DNA of 43,946 bases. It comes from a virus. Its lineage: Duplodnaviria > Caudoviricetes. The stretch's first letter is position 1. The number at the start of each line of letters is the position of its first letter. A program made the translations under genes and the position numbers. The notes below the pieces were generated by a model. The model searched no databases. It was given only the letters and a program-made list of their open reading frames with translations, and had not been told where the DNA came from. The stretch is taken from IMG/VR virus record IMGVR_UViG_3300017912_002579, positions 1-43,946 of that record. The stretch is one strand, 5' to 3'. This document shows positions 23,673 through 33,458 of the stretch, piece after piece.

Positions 23673-24238
23673 ATACGAACATCGAGCGCATCAAGCGCTC
23701 CTACGTTCTGACACATAGCCGCCTGCTGCACCGTGCGAATGTCGCGTCGCTGCAGGCAGGCTCTTTCTAAGATCTCCTCTTTGCTGCCGCCATCCTCGGC
23801 CGCCTGCATGTAGGCCTGCAGCTTTTTACGTGCGCCATTCGGTATGTGGATCATCAAAGATTTGGTGTCGATGCACCTGGTAATAGCCTGCCTGATCCAC
23901 CAGTACGCATAAGTTGACATCTTATAGCCGCACTCCGGGTCGTATTTTTCAGCTGCACGTTGTAGACCTAGGGTGCCTTCTTGAATTAAGTCCTGGAAGG
24001 TGAGTGGCGTGCCCTTGATCGCGTAGGTGTACTTCTTGGCGATCGATATCACCAGCCGCAGATTGCTGCAAACGAATGTATCGCGTGCACGCCGACCAGA
24101 GCGCACCACCGACGGCGGCGGATCAGGGTGCTGCAACCAGGCTTGAATGCGCCGGCCAAGCTCGATCTCTTGATTCTGCGTGAGTAGCGGATACCGTGTT
24201 GCCGTTGCGATAAAATCGCCGATATCAGTCATACTCAC
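23669..24238 (-). CDS. Second sigma-70 family factor, lacking region 4
   Basis: YPLLTQNQEIELGR, FVCSNLRLV, EKYDPECGYKMSTYAYWWIRQAI; ends at 189 aa without a region 4 HTH. Confidence 0.85.
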   Translation of the reverse strand: MSMTDIGDFIATATRYPLLTQNQEIELGRRIQAWLQHPDPPPSVVRSGRRARDTFVCSNLRLVISIAKKYTYAIKGTPLTFQDLIQEGTLGLQRAAEKYDPECGYKMSTYAYWWIRQAITRCIDTKSLMIHIPNGARKKLQAYMQAAEDGGSKEEILERACLQRRDIRTVQQAAMCQNVGALDALDVRI

Positions 24239-24284
24239 ATAGAGCTCAACGCATAAAATAGCGAATGAGTGGATATCGAATCAA

Positions 24285-25622
24285 GTGCCGAGCATACTGG
24301 ATTCTGTCTCAGATGGTTTGATCCTGGCAGGTCCAGATGACGAAGGCGTGTCTGCGGAGCAGGTGCTAAGCCGGCTCAATGCCACGTTGTTGCCGCATCA
24401 GACTGCCTTCTGCGAAGATCAGGAACACCGGATCCTCGGCTTGGTGTCTGGTTTTGGTGCTGGCAAAACTTATGGGCTTTGTGCCAAGGCCATCAACATC
24501 GCGGCTGCCAACATTGGCTACGTGTCTGCGATTTTCGAGCCTGTTGCGCCGATGTTGCGTGACATCCTCGTGCGGTCGATGGACGAGCTATTGGAAGCGA
24601 TCGACCTGCCATATGACTTCAGAGTGTCACCACTGCCAGAGTACGTGCTGAAGTTCAAAGAAGGCGAGCACACCATACTGCTGCGGACCATGGAGACATG
24701 GAATAGGATTCGAGGGCAGAACCTCTGCGCGGTAGGTTTCGACGAAGTAGACACCACCAACAAACGCACGGCAGAGCAAGCGTCACGCATGGCACTGGCC
24801 CGCTTGCGTTCTGGTAATGTGCAGCAGTTCTACGTGGCGACCACGCCTGAGGGCTTCGGCTGGGCCTGGGAGACGTTCGAGCGTGAGACAGCACCTGACC
24901 GGCGATTAATCCGTGCACGGACCGCCGACAACCCGCACCTGCCTGACGGGTTCATCGACTCGCTGATGGCCAATTACCCAGAGAAGCTGATCAAGGCTTA
25001 TCTAGAGGGCCAATTCGTCAATCTCAACACCGGTGCTGTCTACGACCGGTTCAACCGTGAGACTCACATCAGCCAGCCGCCGATTGGTCTTGATGGCGAG
25101 CCGCTGCGGGTGGGTCTCGACTTCAACGTGTCAAACATGTCGGCCGTCATCGCTGTGCGCACCAACAACCAGTTGCACGTCATCGACGAGATCAGCGGTG
25201 CACATGATACTGACGCACTTGCTAAGGAGATCAAATCGCGATATCCTCACCGCAAGGTCTACATCTATCCCGATGCTTCTGGCGGCAACCGCAGCACAAA
25301 CGCGACACGCACTGATATTCAGATATTGGAATCTTATGGCTTTAGCAATCAGTCTCCCAAGGCGAATCCTCCAGTACGTGACCGGGTGGCTGCTGTACAA
25401 GCTGCTCTGGAGAACGGCAAAGGCGAGGTAAGACTGCAGATTGCGCAGCAGTGCATCCGCACGATTGAGTCGTTGGAGCTCCAAAGCTACACGGATAAAG
25501 GCGAACCTGACAAAGACGCCGGGTACGACCACATGAACGATGCCCTGGGATATCTGATCTGGCGTGAGCTGAACCCGCTCTACGTCAACGCCGGCAGGGG
25601 CACGGGAATCCGGCTCTATTAA
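24285..25622 (+). CDS. terL: Terminase large subunit
   Basis: Walker A GFGAGKT, Walker B VGFDE, ATTPEG, nuclease motifs VGLDFN and DHMNDALGY. Confidence 0.92.
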   Translation: MPSILDSVSDGLILAGPDDEGVSAEQVLSRLNATLLPHQTAFCEDQEHRILGLVSGFGAGKTYGLCAKAINIAAANIGYVSAIFEPVAPMLRDILVRSMDELLEAIDLPYDFRVSPLPEYVLKFKEGEHTILLRTMETWNRIRGQNLCAVGFDEVDTTNKRTAEQASRMALARLRSGNVQQFYVATTPEGFGWAWETFERETAPDRRLIRARTADNPHLPDGFIDSLMANYPEKLIKAYLEGQFVNLNTGAVYDRFNRETHISQPPIGLDGEPLRVGLDFNVSNMSAVIAVRTNNQLHVIDEISGAHDTDALAKEIKSRYPHRKVYIYPDASGGNRSTNATRTDIQILESYGFSNQSPKANPPVRDRVAAVQAALENGKGEVRLQIAQQCIRTIESLELQSYTDKGEPDKDAGYDHMNDALGYLIWRELNPLYVNAGRGTGIRLY

Positions 25623-25649
25623 ACTACAGGTATCGGGCTTTGGGCGGTC

Positions 25650-27068
25650 GTGTATTCAGGGTACAACTTTTACGACCGCAAAGCAGCGGCAAACGTCACG
25701 CACGTCAATGACCCAAATGGCGCGTGGGTCAATCAAGAGCCGCACTGGGTGCTGATTGAAGACCTGATCGGCGGCACGTATGAAATGCGACGGCGGCACA
25801 GGCGATATCTTCCGCAAGAAGTGCGTGAGCTGGACGAGAGCTACGATCGGAGGCTTGCACGTAGTGTGTGCCCGCCATATGCACAGCGTCTCGAAAGAAT
25901 GTTGGCTGGCATGCTCACACGGAAGCCCGTCAGACTGAATGACTCGTCAGATCTGATCCGTGAGCAGCTATTCGACGTTGACCTGATGGGCAACGACCTA
26001 AATATGTGGACATATGAAACGGCTCGCAAGATGGTCAGGTATGGGCATATTGGCGTGCTGGTAGATGCACCACCGGCTGGCACCATGGGCCGGCCGTATT
26101 GGGTGACATATACGCCGCGTGACATCCTCGGATGGCGGTCAGAACTGGTCGATGGCGCACAACGGCTGATTATGCTGCGATTGGCTGAGAAGGTGACAGA
26201 GCCCGACGGCGAATTTGGTGAAAAGGTGGTCGATCAGATCCGGGTGCTGACGCCTGGTGAATTCAAGATCTATCAACGAAAGGAGAAAGGCGACTTCGAA
26301 ATCACAGACGAAGGCACCACCAGCACCACTGAAATCCCTTTTAGTGTGGCATACGCCAACCGGGTTAATTTCTTAGAGTCGCGGCCACCGCTTGAAGATA
26401 TTGCCGAGCTGAATCTTAAGGCGTATCAGGTACAATCTGATCTTGACAATCAACTGCACATTTCGGCCGTGCCGATGTTGGCCTTCTTCGGCTTTCCATC
26501 AGCTGCAGAAGAGGTGAGCGCCGGGCCTGGTGAAGCAATCGCATTCCCTGCAGAAGGCCGCGCCGAATATATTGAGCCTGCAGGCAACAGCTTTGATGCG
26601 CAATTCAAGCGACTGGCGCAAATTGAGCAACAAATCAACGACTTGGGTCTGGCTGCAGTGCTAGGCCAAAAGCTGTCAGCTGAGACAGCCGAGGCCAAAA
26701 AGATCGACCGCAGCCAAGGCGACTCGACGATGATGGCGATCGCCCAGCAGATGCAAGACATGATCGATAACTGCTTGCGATTCCATGCGGAATTCTTGCA
26801 GGACACGCAACCCGGCAGTTGCTATATCAACCGCGACTTCCTGGGCCAGAGGCTCGAAGCACCTGATGTAGCCGCACTGTTGCAGCTGTACACGGCCGGC
26901 ACTATCACGCAAAAGACGTTGTTGGACCGGCTCGCTGATGGTGAGATCCTGGGTGATCAATTCGAAGTGGAGGAAGAGCTAGAGGCCACGCAACTTGACG
27001 GGCTGGCGGCTGAACTTGATGCACCACAGGTGACGCCTGGTCAAGACGAAAACGTTCTGCCCGAGTGA
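25650..27068 (+). CDS. Portal protein (DUF4055-type)
   Basis: Follows terL. YLPQ...YDRRL, YGHIGVLVD, PPLEDIAELN...YQVQSD motifs. Confidence 0.85.
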   Translation: MYSGYNFYDRKAAANVTHVNDPNGAWVNQEPHWVLIEDLIGGTYEMRRRHRRYLPQEVRELDESYDRRLARSVCPPYAQRLERMLAGMLTRKPVRLNDSSDLIREQLFDVDLMGNDLNMWTYETARKMVRYGHIGVLVDAPPAGTMGRPYWVTYTPRDILGWRSELVDGAQRLIMLRLAEKVTEPDGEFGEKVVDQIRVLTPGEFKIYQRKEKGDFEITDEGTTSTTEIPFSVAYANRVNFLESRPPLEDIAELNLKAYQVQSDLDNQLHISAVPMLAFFGFPSAAEEVSAGPGEAIAFPAEGRAEYIEPAGNSFDAQFKRLAQIEQQINDLGLAAVLGQKLSAETAEAKKIDRSQGDSTMMAIAQQMQDMIDNCLRFHAEFLQDTQPGSCYINRDFLGQRLEAPDVAALLQLYTAGTITQKTLLDRLADGEILGDQFEVEEELEATQLDGLAAELDAPQVTPGQDENVLPE

Positions 27069-27074
27069 TGACTA

Positions 27075-28265
27075 GTGAGTACGCCGACTGTTCTGTTCCG
27101 TAATGCCATCGACCTGAACAGGTACAGCAATAACATATCTAGACGACTGGTCGAGTCTTACAACCGCATCATCCTTGAATCGCTGCGCGAGTTGGACGTG
27201 TTAGGTGTTGACAACCCAACCTACAGGGCAGTGCGGCTGCGGTCGATATTAGCGCAGCTCAAAGAATCGCTTGATGGATGGTCAGCTGAAAGCCTCGGTC
27301 TGCTGGCCGAAGAACTGACTGGGCTGGCCGAGATCCAGTCAACACAGGCTGCCGCCAATCTGCGCAATGTGCTACCACGCGGGATGCGCGATGCGGTTAA
27401 TACGGTAGAGATCAGCCCGCAATTTGCCCGCTCTGTGGTTACAACCGATCCACTAGATACAGGTGTGGCGGTGTTGAGCGACGAGCTGCGAGATGTGCCT
27501 GCCGCATTCAGCCTGACGGCAAGACAAGGTGCTGTGATCACGCTACCTGGTGGCGGTACTGTGCAAAAGGCATTTCGTGGATTAGCAGAACAGAATGCGG
27601 CCAGATATGGGCAGATCATCCGCGATGGATTGCTGACTGGCGAAACAACCGATCAGATCGTCAGGAGACTTGCAGGAACACTGCGATTTGGCCAGCGAGC
27701 AAGATCTGCGCGACAGCTAGCGCAGGCAGGCGGGCAGGTGACTAGCCTGGCGAATCGGCAGGTGATGGCGCTAGTGCGAACGACCATTAATCAGGTGTCC
27801 ACTGCAGCTAGCCGGGCCACCTATGAAGCCAACCGTAATGTGACATCTAAGTATCAGTATGTCGCAACGCTGGACAGCCGCACGTCGCCGATCTGCCGTG
27901 AGCTAGACGGCCAAGAATTCCCATATGGCGACGGTCCGACACCACCACAGCATTTCAACTGCAGATCCACCATCGTGCCGGTCGTAGATTTTGAGGCGCT
28001 GGGGCTGCCTAAGCCGCTTGAAGGTATGCGAGCTAGCGCGAAAGGTCAAGTGCCAGCTAACATGACATATGGCGAGTGGATCTACAGCATGCGCAACACA
28101 GATGAAGGTCGAGAAGAAATCAAAGCGGCTTTCAAGACCAAAGCGCCGTATTTCATGCACATGGCCAAGAAATTCGGGCCTAATCAGGCGATGCGTAAAT
28201 TCCTGAGGGATGACGGGTCCGAGGTAACATTGGATGTACTTCGCAGACGGTACCCCAGTGTCTGA
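27075..28265 (+). CDS. Minor head morphogenesis protein (Mu gpF/SPP1 gp7 family)
   Basis: ATLDSRTSPICRELDG...PPQHFNCRS motif. Confidence 0.88.
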   Translation: MSTPTVLFRNAIDLNRYSNNISRRLVESYNRIILESLRELDVLGVDNPTYRAVRLRSILAQLKESLDGWSAESLGLLAEELTGLAEIQSTQAAANLRNVLPRGMRDAVNTVEISPQFARSVVTTDPLDTGVAVLSDELRDVPAAFSLTARQGAVITLPGGGTVQKAFRGLAEQNAARYGQIIRDGLLTGETTDQIVRRLAGTLRFGQRARSARQLAQAGGQVTSLANRQVMALVRTTINQVSTAASRATYEANRNVTSKYQYVATLDSRTSPICRELDGQEFPYGDGPTPPQHFNCRSTIVPVVDFEALGLPKPLEGMRASAKGQVPANMTYGEWIYSMRNTDEGREEIKAAFKTKAPYFMHMAKKFGPNQAMRKFLRDDGSEVTLDVLRRRYPSV

Positions 28266-28380
28266 GCTGCATTCAAAATACAGATTCACGCCTCAAGGCG
28301 AAGCAGCACCCGCCAACCCGCCAGCCAAACCGGCAGCTAAGAAAAAGGCTGCCAAGAAAACCACTACCGAGGACGAGTGA
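28258..28380 (+). CDS. Small Lys/Ala/Pro-rich peptide (40 aa)
   Basis: Read by hand: MSELHSKYRFTPQGEAAPANPPAKPAAKKKAAKKTTTEDE (GTG start). Confidence 0.5.
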   Translation: MSELHSKYRFTPQGEAAPANPPAKPAAKKKAAKKTTTEDE

Positions 28381-28466
28381 TGCCTGGACATTACGGCCAC
28401 AGCAAGCCCAAGAAAAAGGGCATGAACAACAAAACCGCCAAGAAAAAGCCAATCAAGAAAAAATGA
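28380..28466 (+). CDS. Very small Lys-rich peptide (28 aa)
   Basis: Read by hand: MPGHYGHSKPKKKGMNNKTAKKKPIKKK; coupled on both sides. Confidence 0.5.
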   Translation: MPGHYGHSKPKKKGMNNKTAKKKPIKKK

Positions 28467-28687
28467 AAAAGGGCACCCGAGTCAGCTGGCTGTACCAGGG
28501 CAAGCGCACCTTTGGTGTTGTGACAGGCTCGGGTGGCAAACGCGCCAGCATTAAGACCAAATCGGGCGGCACCGTCACGCGTGTGGGCTCTGACGAAGAT
28601 CCGGTGATCCGCATCAAGTCAGAGTCTACCGGCAATGCTGTACTGAAAAAGAAATCGGAGCTGCGTGCTGCACCAAAGCGGAAGTAA
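28463..28687 (+). CDS. DUF2945/Hva1 Tudor-like protein
   Basis: KKGTRVSW...GVV...GSDEDPVIRIKSESTG...LKKKSELR pattern. Confidence 0.6.
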   Translation: MKKGTRVSWLYQGKRTFGVVTGSGGKRASIKTKSGGTVTRVGSDEDPVIRIKSESTGNAVLKKKSELRAAPKRK

Positions 28688-28724
28688 AGTAAAGTGGTGA
28701 TGCAATCAACCCTGCGGGTTATTC

Positions 28725-29408
28725 ATGGCCGAAGAACAGATCCAAGAGGCTGCGCCGACTGGTGATACTCCCGAAGTGGACGGGCTCAAAAACAGCGTTA
28801 CTGCGCTAGAGAAAAAGAACAGCGAGCTGATCGCCGAGCTAAGGGCTGCAAAGGCTAAAGCGCCAAAGCTGCCAGATGGTGTCAACGTTGATGAGCTGCT
28901 TGAATTCAAGCGCAAGACTGAACAGGCGGAGCTTGAATCGCAAGGCAAATACACAGAGGCACGGCAGGCTCTAGAACAGCAATTCCGGGATGCCACCGCC
29001 GAAAAGGATCAACGCATCGCCGAGCTTGAAGCCCGCGTGCGAGAGCTTGAGCTGATCACACCTGCGGTCAGTGCGCTAGCAGATGTGGTACACGATCCAG
29101 ACATGATCCTAAAGACCAAGCTCAATAGCAGCCAGATTGAGCGCGAATCTGACGGATCTGTGGTCGTGGTCGACGGCTACCAACGCACACCCGTGGCCGA
29201 ATGGGCCAAGACACTGCCATCTTGGATGCAGAAAGCACCCCAGCCGCAAGGTGGTGGTGCTCCAGTCGGCAGGGCAGCAGGCGAGATCCCGCCAGGCACC
29301 AAGAATCCATTCGAGCAAGGGCCGAATTTCAATCTGACTGAGCAGTCACGGTTATTCAGGACTGATCGGGCGCTTTACGACCGATTGAAAGCTGCTGCTG
29401 GACGTTAA
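28725..29408 (+). CDS. Capsid scaffolding protein
   Basis: Coiled coil, GGG linker and KNPF...NLTEQ C-terminus; directly before the capsid gene. Confidence 0.75.
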   Translation: MAEEQIQEAAPTGDTPEVDGLKNSVTALEKKNSELIAELRAAKAKAPKLPDGVNVDELLEFKRKTEQAELESQGKYTEARQALEQQFRDATAEKDQRIAELEARVRELELITPAVSALADVVHDPDMILKTKLNSSQIERESDGSVVVVDGYQRTPVAEWAKTLPSWMQKAPQPQGGGAPVGRAAGEIPPGTKNPFEQGPNFNLTEQSRLFRTDRALYDRLKAAAGR

Positions 29409-29492
29409 AGTGTTCACGAACGTTTGATACGGCTGCGCCGTTCAAGCCAGGGCTGCGCCCACCACACCGTAAACCATTCTTGAGGATCAGTC

Positions 29493-30518
29493 ATGGCGAC
29501 TCTTCGCTCTGACATTATCATCCCCGAGGTATTTACGCCGTACGTCATCGAGCAAACCACACAGCGTGATGCCTTCTTGGCTTCCGGTGTGGTGCAGCCT
29601 ATGGCCGAGCTGAATGCCACCGAGGGCGGTGATTTCGTCAAAGTCCCTTTCTATAAGGCAAACCTGTCTGGTGATTTCGAAGTGCTGTCTGACAGCTCTT
29701 CACTGACACCTGGCAAAATCACTGCTGATCAGCAGATCGGCGTGATCCTGCACCGTGGCCGTGCTTTCGAATCTCGTGATTTGGCAGCCCTGGCTGCTGG
29801 CTCCGACCCGATGGCTGCTATCGGCAGCAAAATTGCCGATTATGTGGCTCACCAGCGCCAAAAGGATCTGGTCAGCTGCCTGACCGGTGCTTTCGGCAGT
29901 CTCAACTCGAACAGCAGCAGCTCCGCTCTGTTTGAACTGTGCATCGACTCCGAGTCTGGTGATTCACCCACCACTCTGAGCCCTCGCACCGTGGCTAAAG
30001 CACGTGCGCTGCTGGGCGACCAGGGCGACAAGCTGACCGCCGTGGCCATCCACAGCAATGTGTACTATGATCTCGTTGAGCGCAACGCGATTCAGTACGT
30101 ATCCACTGAGGATGCACGTGGTACCACCACCACCCAATCTGGTGGCGACCTCAGCAATGCCTTTGGCAACCCTGAAGTGCCGACCTTCATGGGCCTGCGC
30201 GTGATCGTCTCTGACGATGTGCAGACCACTGGCTCTGGCTCTTCCACTGAGTACGGATCGTTCTTTTTCACTGCAGGCGCAGTCGCATCTGGCGAACAGA
30301 TGGGAATGCAAACTGAAGTGGACCGTGACATCCTCGCGAAGTCCGACGCAATGTCCTTGGACCTTCACTATGTCTACCACCCGGTGGGCCTGAAGTGGGG
30401 TGTCTCAACCACCAACCCGACCCGCTCCGATCTTGAGACCGTGGGCAACTGGTCGAAGGTGTATGAGACCAAGAACATTGGCATCGTTCGGGCCACCAAC
30501 GTCAGCAACCAAGACTGA
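29493..30518 (+). CDS. Major capsid protein
   Basis: SDIIIPEVFTPYV, GGDFVKVPF, GSDPMAAIG, FMGLRVIVSDD, EVDRDIL; size and position fit. Confidence 0.88.
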   Translation: MATLRSDIIIPEVFTPYVIEQTTQRDAFLASGVVQPMAELNATEGGDFVKVPFYKANLSGDFEVLSDSSSLTPGKITADQQIGVILHRGRAFESRDLAALAAGSDPMAAIGSKIADYVAHQRQKDLVSCLTGAFGSLNSNSSSSALFELCIDSESGDSPTTLSPRTVAKARALLGDQGDKLTAVAIHSNVYYDLVERNAIQYVSTEDARGTTTTQSGGDLSNAFGNPEVPTFMGLRVIVSDDVQTTGSGSSTEYGSFFFTAGAVASGEQMGMQTEVDRDILAKSDAMSLDLHYVYHPVGLKWGVSTTNPTRSDLETVGNWSKVYETKNIGIVRATNVSNQD

Positions 30519-30529
30519 GGTAACTAACG

Positions 30530-30895
30530 ATGGCATCAATCTTTGAAGCAACAGCGGGCAAACTTGTAGGCCCGACCGTTGGCACGTCTGTCACCCAGGC
30601 AACCAACAAAAGCACCGGTGTGACCGCTAACACGGCATCCGGTGTAATCACCATGAACAACGCTGCACTGGCTGCTGCCGCTGAAGTGTCGTTCACCGTG
30701 ACCAACAGTGAAGTTTCCGCCACTGATGTAGTAGTGGTCAACCACGCTTCAGGTGGAACCGCCGGTTCTTATCTGGTGCAGGCAAACACCCTGGCTGCAG
30801 GATCTTTCAAGATCACTGTTGCCAACGTGTCGGCTGGTTCACTGTCTGAGGCGATTGTCCTCAACTTCGTGGCTCTGAAGGGCGCTAGCTCCTGA
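30530..30895 (+). CDS. Capsid decoration/head-associated protein
   Basis: Small Ala/Thr/Ser-rich beta protein right after the major capsid gene. Confidence 0.55.
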   Translation: MASIFEATAGKLVGPTVGTSVTQATNKSTGVTANTASGVITMNNAALAAAAEVSFTVTNSEVSATDVVVVNHASGGTAGSYLVQANTLAAGSFKITVANVSAGSLSEAIVLNFVALKGASS

Positions 30896-31065
30896 TGGGT
30901 CTGTTCGCTTTCAGGCGGGCGCAGAAACGTGAGGCTGCTGCGAAAGCGGTGGCCTCCGCACCTGTAAGAGCCAAACGCAAGCCTTCATTTAAGAAGACCA
31001 ATGGCAGTAACAATCGTCGCGACCGTAGGATCGGCGACAGCCAACAGTTACATCACCCTGAGTGA
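30895..31065 (+). CDS. Small basic protein (MGLFAFRR...)
   Basis: Read by hand; TGATG coupling. The tail overlaps the next gene. Confidence 0.45.
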   Translation: MGLFAFRRAQKREAAAKAVASAPVRAKRKPSFKKTNGSNNRRDRRIGDSQQLHHPE

Positions 31066-31561
31066 TGCAAACGACCTGGTAGATGCCATGGTGAGCAGCG
31101 CAGATGTGGCCAAATGGGGCACAGGCACTGACGATACACGCAATCGGGCGCTGGCCACGGCAACGCAGCGACTCGACCGTGAAAGATTTTTGGGGGCACG
31201 TGCGACTGATACGCAGGCACTGCAATGGCCTCGCACTGGTGTCCGCAAGCCCGACACGTACTTAAACACATATGCGGTGGGGTTCCCATTTCGCATCACG
31301 ACTGACTACTACACCGACACTGAGGTGCCCGACCAGATCCAGCGGGCGCAGGTAGAGCTAGCGGTCTATCTACACAACAACGTTGATGGTCTGGGACTAA
31401 GTGGTCTAGAAGATTACAAGAATGTGCAGATTGGCAGCTTGAACGTCACACCTGACAAATTCGGTGCTGTTGGGGCAGATCGAATCCCGCCGATGGTAGA
31501 GCGCTACCTAACGGATCTTAGAATTAGTGGACCAGGCAATGTAGCCATCAAACGGAGCTAA
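31001..31561 (+). CDS. Head-tail adaptor (DnaT-like family)
   Basis: ANSYITL...RALATATQRLD...QALQWPR...VPDQIQRAQVELA. Confidence 0.75.
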   Translation: MAVTIVATVGSATANSYITLSDANDLVDAMVSSADVAKWGTGTDDTRNRALATATQRLDRERFLGARATDTQALQWPRTGVRKPDTYLNTYAVGFPFRITTDYYTDTEVPDQIQRAQVELAVYLHNNVDGLGLSGLEDYKNVQIGSLNVTPDKFGAVGADRIPPMVERYLTDLRISGPGNVAIKRS

Positions 31562-31563
31562 TT

Positions 31564-31794
31564 ATGGCAATCGACTACAGCGTGGGAGCTGAAGTGATCA
31601 CAGACACGGCTGCGCATACTGGCCGCTTTTGTGCGATCTACTTTAAGGAAGACACCACCATCAATGCCGTGTCTGCCGAGAACTACACCGGCAATAGCCT
31701 GGGTAGCGAAGCCTTCGTGGCAGACTCCACTATCTATGGTGTGTTTACAAGCATCCAGCTGTCTAGTGGTGCCTGCATTGCTTACCGGATCTGA
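31564..31794 (+). CDS. Small virion protein
   Basis: ORF within the neck gene block. Confidence 0.6.
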   Translation: MAIDYSVGAEVITDTAAHTGRFCAIYFKEDTTINAVSAENYTGNSLGSEAFVADSTIYGVFTSIQLSSGACIAYRI

Positions 31795-32150
31795 TGTCGC
31801 TATCGAAAGCGCTTGAAAAAGTAGCCGATAAAGTCGTCAGCAAATTTGGCGGTGATGTCACTATTCGCTATGTGACAGGCGGCAGCTATAACGCCACCAC
31901 AGGCACGGTTACAGAGTCTGAGAGTGATACTGACGTTAAAGGCGTTGTCGTCGATGTCAATGTGCGTGAGGCCAATGAACTGATCCAGGCTGGTGACAAG
32001 AAATTGACCGTAGCAGCCAAGGAATTGCCGTCTGCACCTGAGACCAAGGATCGTGCCGTGATCGGTTTGATCGTCTACCAGATCATTCAGGTCGAGACCA
32101 TCGAGCAGGCCAACGACGCCATCATTTACGAGTTGATTTTGAGGGCATAG
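31794..32150 (+). CDS. Head closure/stopper protein
   Basis: FGGDVTIR...YNATTG...IQAGDKKL pattern; position fits. Confidence 0.65.
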   Translation: MSLSKALEKVADKVVSKFGGDVTIRYVTGGSYNATTGTVTESESDTDVKGVVVDVNVREANELIQAGDKKLTVAAKELPSAPETKDRAVIGLIVYQIIQVETIEQANDAIIYELILRA

Positions 32151-32151
32151 C

Positions 32152-32568
32152 ATGGCACGCCGTGAGATCCCGATTGAATTCATAGGCGGATTTGCGGAAG
32201 AGCAGCTCAATCAGCTGATCCAAGCCACTGTTTTAGAGACCGACAGGCAGCTGAAAAAAGGCAGTCCAGTCAAAACAGGACGGTTCAGGGCAAGCTGGCA
32301 TATTGGTGAGAATACATCTACTGGCGCACCACACCCGCCAGTTGAAGAAGACACCGTGATACCCGCACCACCACCGCAGTACACCAATTATGCACCTGGC
32401 ACAGAGCGCATCAATCGGAGTTATCATCTGCACAACAACCTGCCATACGCTGATCGACTTGCCAATGGGTGGAGTCCTCAGGCAGACGCCGGCTGGGTCG
32501 AGTTGATCGCCAAGAGCATGCAACAGTACGTGCGCAGAACGTATAATCAGATCAAACGTAACAGCTGA
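32152..32568 (+). CDS. Neck/tail-completion protein (HK97 gp10-like)
   Basis: SPVKTGRFRASW...NNLPYADRL...SPQA. Confidence 0.75.
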   Translation: MARREIPIEFIGGFAEEQLNQLIQATVLETDRQLKKGSPVKTGRFRASWHIGENTSTGAPHPPVEEDTVIPAPPPQYTNYAPGTERINRSYHLHNNLPYADRLANGWSPQADAGWVELIAKSMQQYVRRTYNQIKRNS

Positions 32569-32993
32569 TGGCCGCCGCTGACCTAAATTCTGTACGTGCG
32601 ACCATCGAAGGGCGGTTGGCAACAGAACTGGCCGATTCGCCAGCCATTCCAGTCGTGTTCCACAACATGGCGTATGAGCCTACGCCGAATAGCTCGTGGG
32701 TCCAGTGTCTTCTCAGCTTTGGGACTAGCACATATCTGACGCATGGCGGCACTTCCGATTCAAGAAATGAATTAGTAGGCATTGCCGTAGTCAATATCTT
32801 CTCTGCTAAGGGTGTTGGCCCAGGTGCCAACTACGTGATCGGAAAGCGGGTACGGGATCTCTATAATAGAATCAACGTGTCGGGGGTTCATTTTGATCCT
32901 CCGATCGGTCCCGAAGTTGTGGCGTCGCCATCACCTGAGGGCTACTTCCAAACTCAGGTCCGTGTGACCTTTGACTTCATCGAGGAACTCTGA
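32568..32993 (+). CDS. Tail terminator protein
   Basis: Position before the tail tube; WVQC...GIAVVNIF...YFQTQVRVTF. Confidence 0.65.
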   Translation: MAAADLNSVRATIEGRLATELADSPAIPVVFHNMAYEPTPNSSWVQCLLSFGTSTYLTHGGTSDSRNELVGIAVVNIFSAKGVGPGANYVIGKRVRDLYNRINVSGVHFDPPIGPEVVASPSPEGYFQTQVRVTFDFIEEL

Positions 32994-32995
32994 CC

Positions 32996-33418
32996 ATGGC
33001 CGTCCTTCGCGGAGAACAAGGCGCAGTCCAATTTGACGCCGCTGGCTCCACTAATGCCACAATCGTTGGCACCCGCAGCTGGAGCCTTTCAACCACCAAA
33101 GAAACTCTGGATGTCTCTAAGCACGGGGACACTTTCCGTAGTTTCGTTGGCAGCATGATCAGCGGATCCGGCACCGTCGAGTTGGTCTACGATCCCGACG
33201 CTACTGGGCAGGCTGCATTCTTGGAAGATGTGCTGACCACCGCCGATCCTGCAGACGCCACGTTTGAACTATTCACCACCGGCACCACTTCCGGCACTGA
33301 TAGTGTGAGCTTTGCTGGCATCATTACCGACATGGAGATCACATCGACTGTCGGTGAGATCAACATCGTGTCTTGCAACTTTATCACCAGCGGTGCCATC
33401 ACTGGCAACCTTGAGTGA
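32996..33418 (+). CDS. Major tail (tube) protein
   Basis: RSWSLSTTKETLDVS...SGSGTVEL...FAGIIT...NFITSG. Confidence 0.75.
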   Translation: MAVLRGEQGAVQFDAAGSTNATIVGTRSWSLSTTKETLDVSKHGDTFRSFVGSMISGSGTVELVYDPDATGQAAFLEDVLTTADPADATFELFTTGTTSGTDSVSFAGIITDMEITSTVGEINIVSCNFITSGAITGNLE

Positions 33419-33458
33419 TAGCGGCAGCTATAATCTGCACGGGTAATTCCGTCACTTA

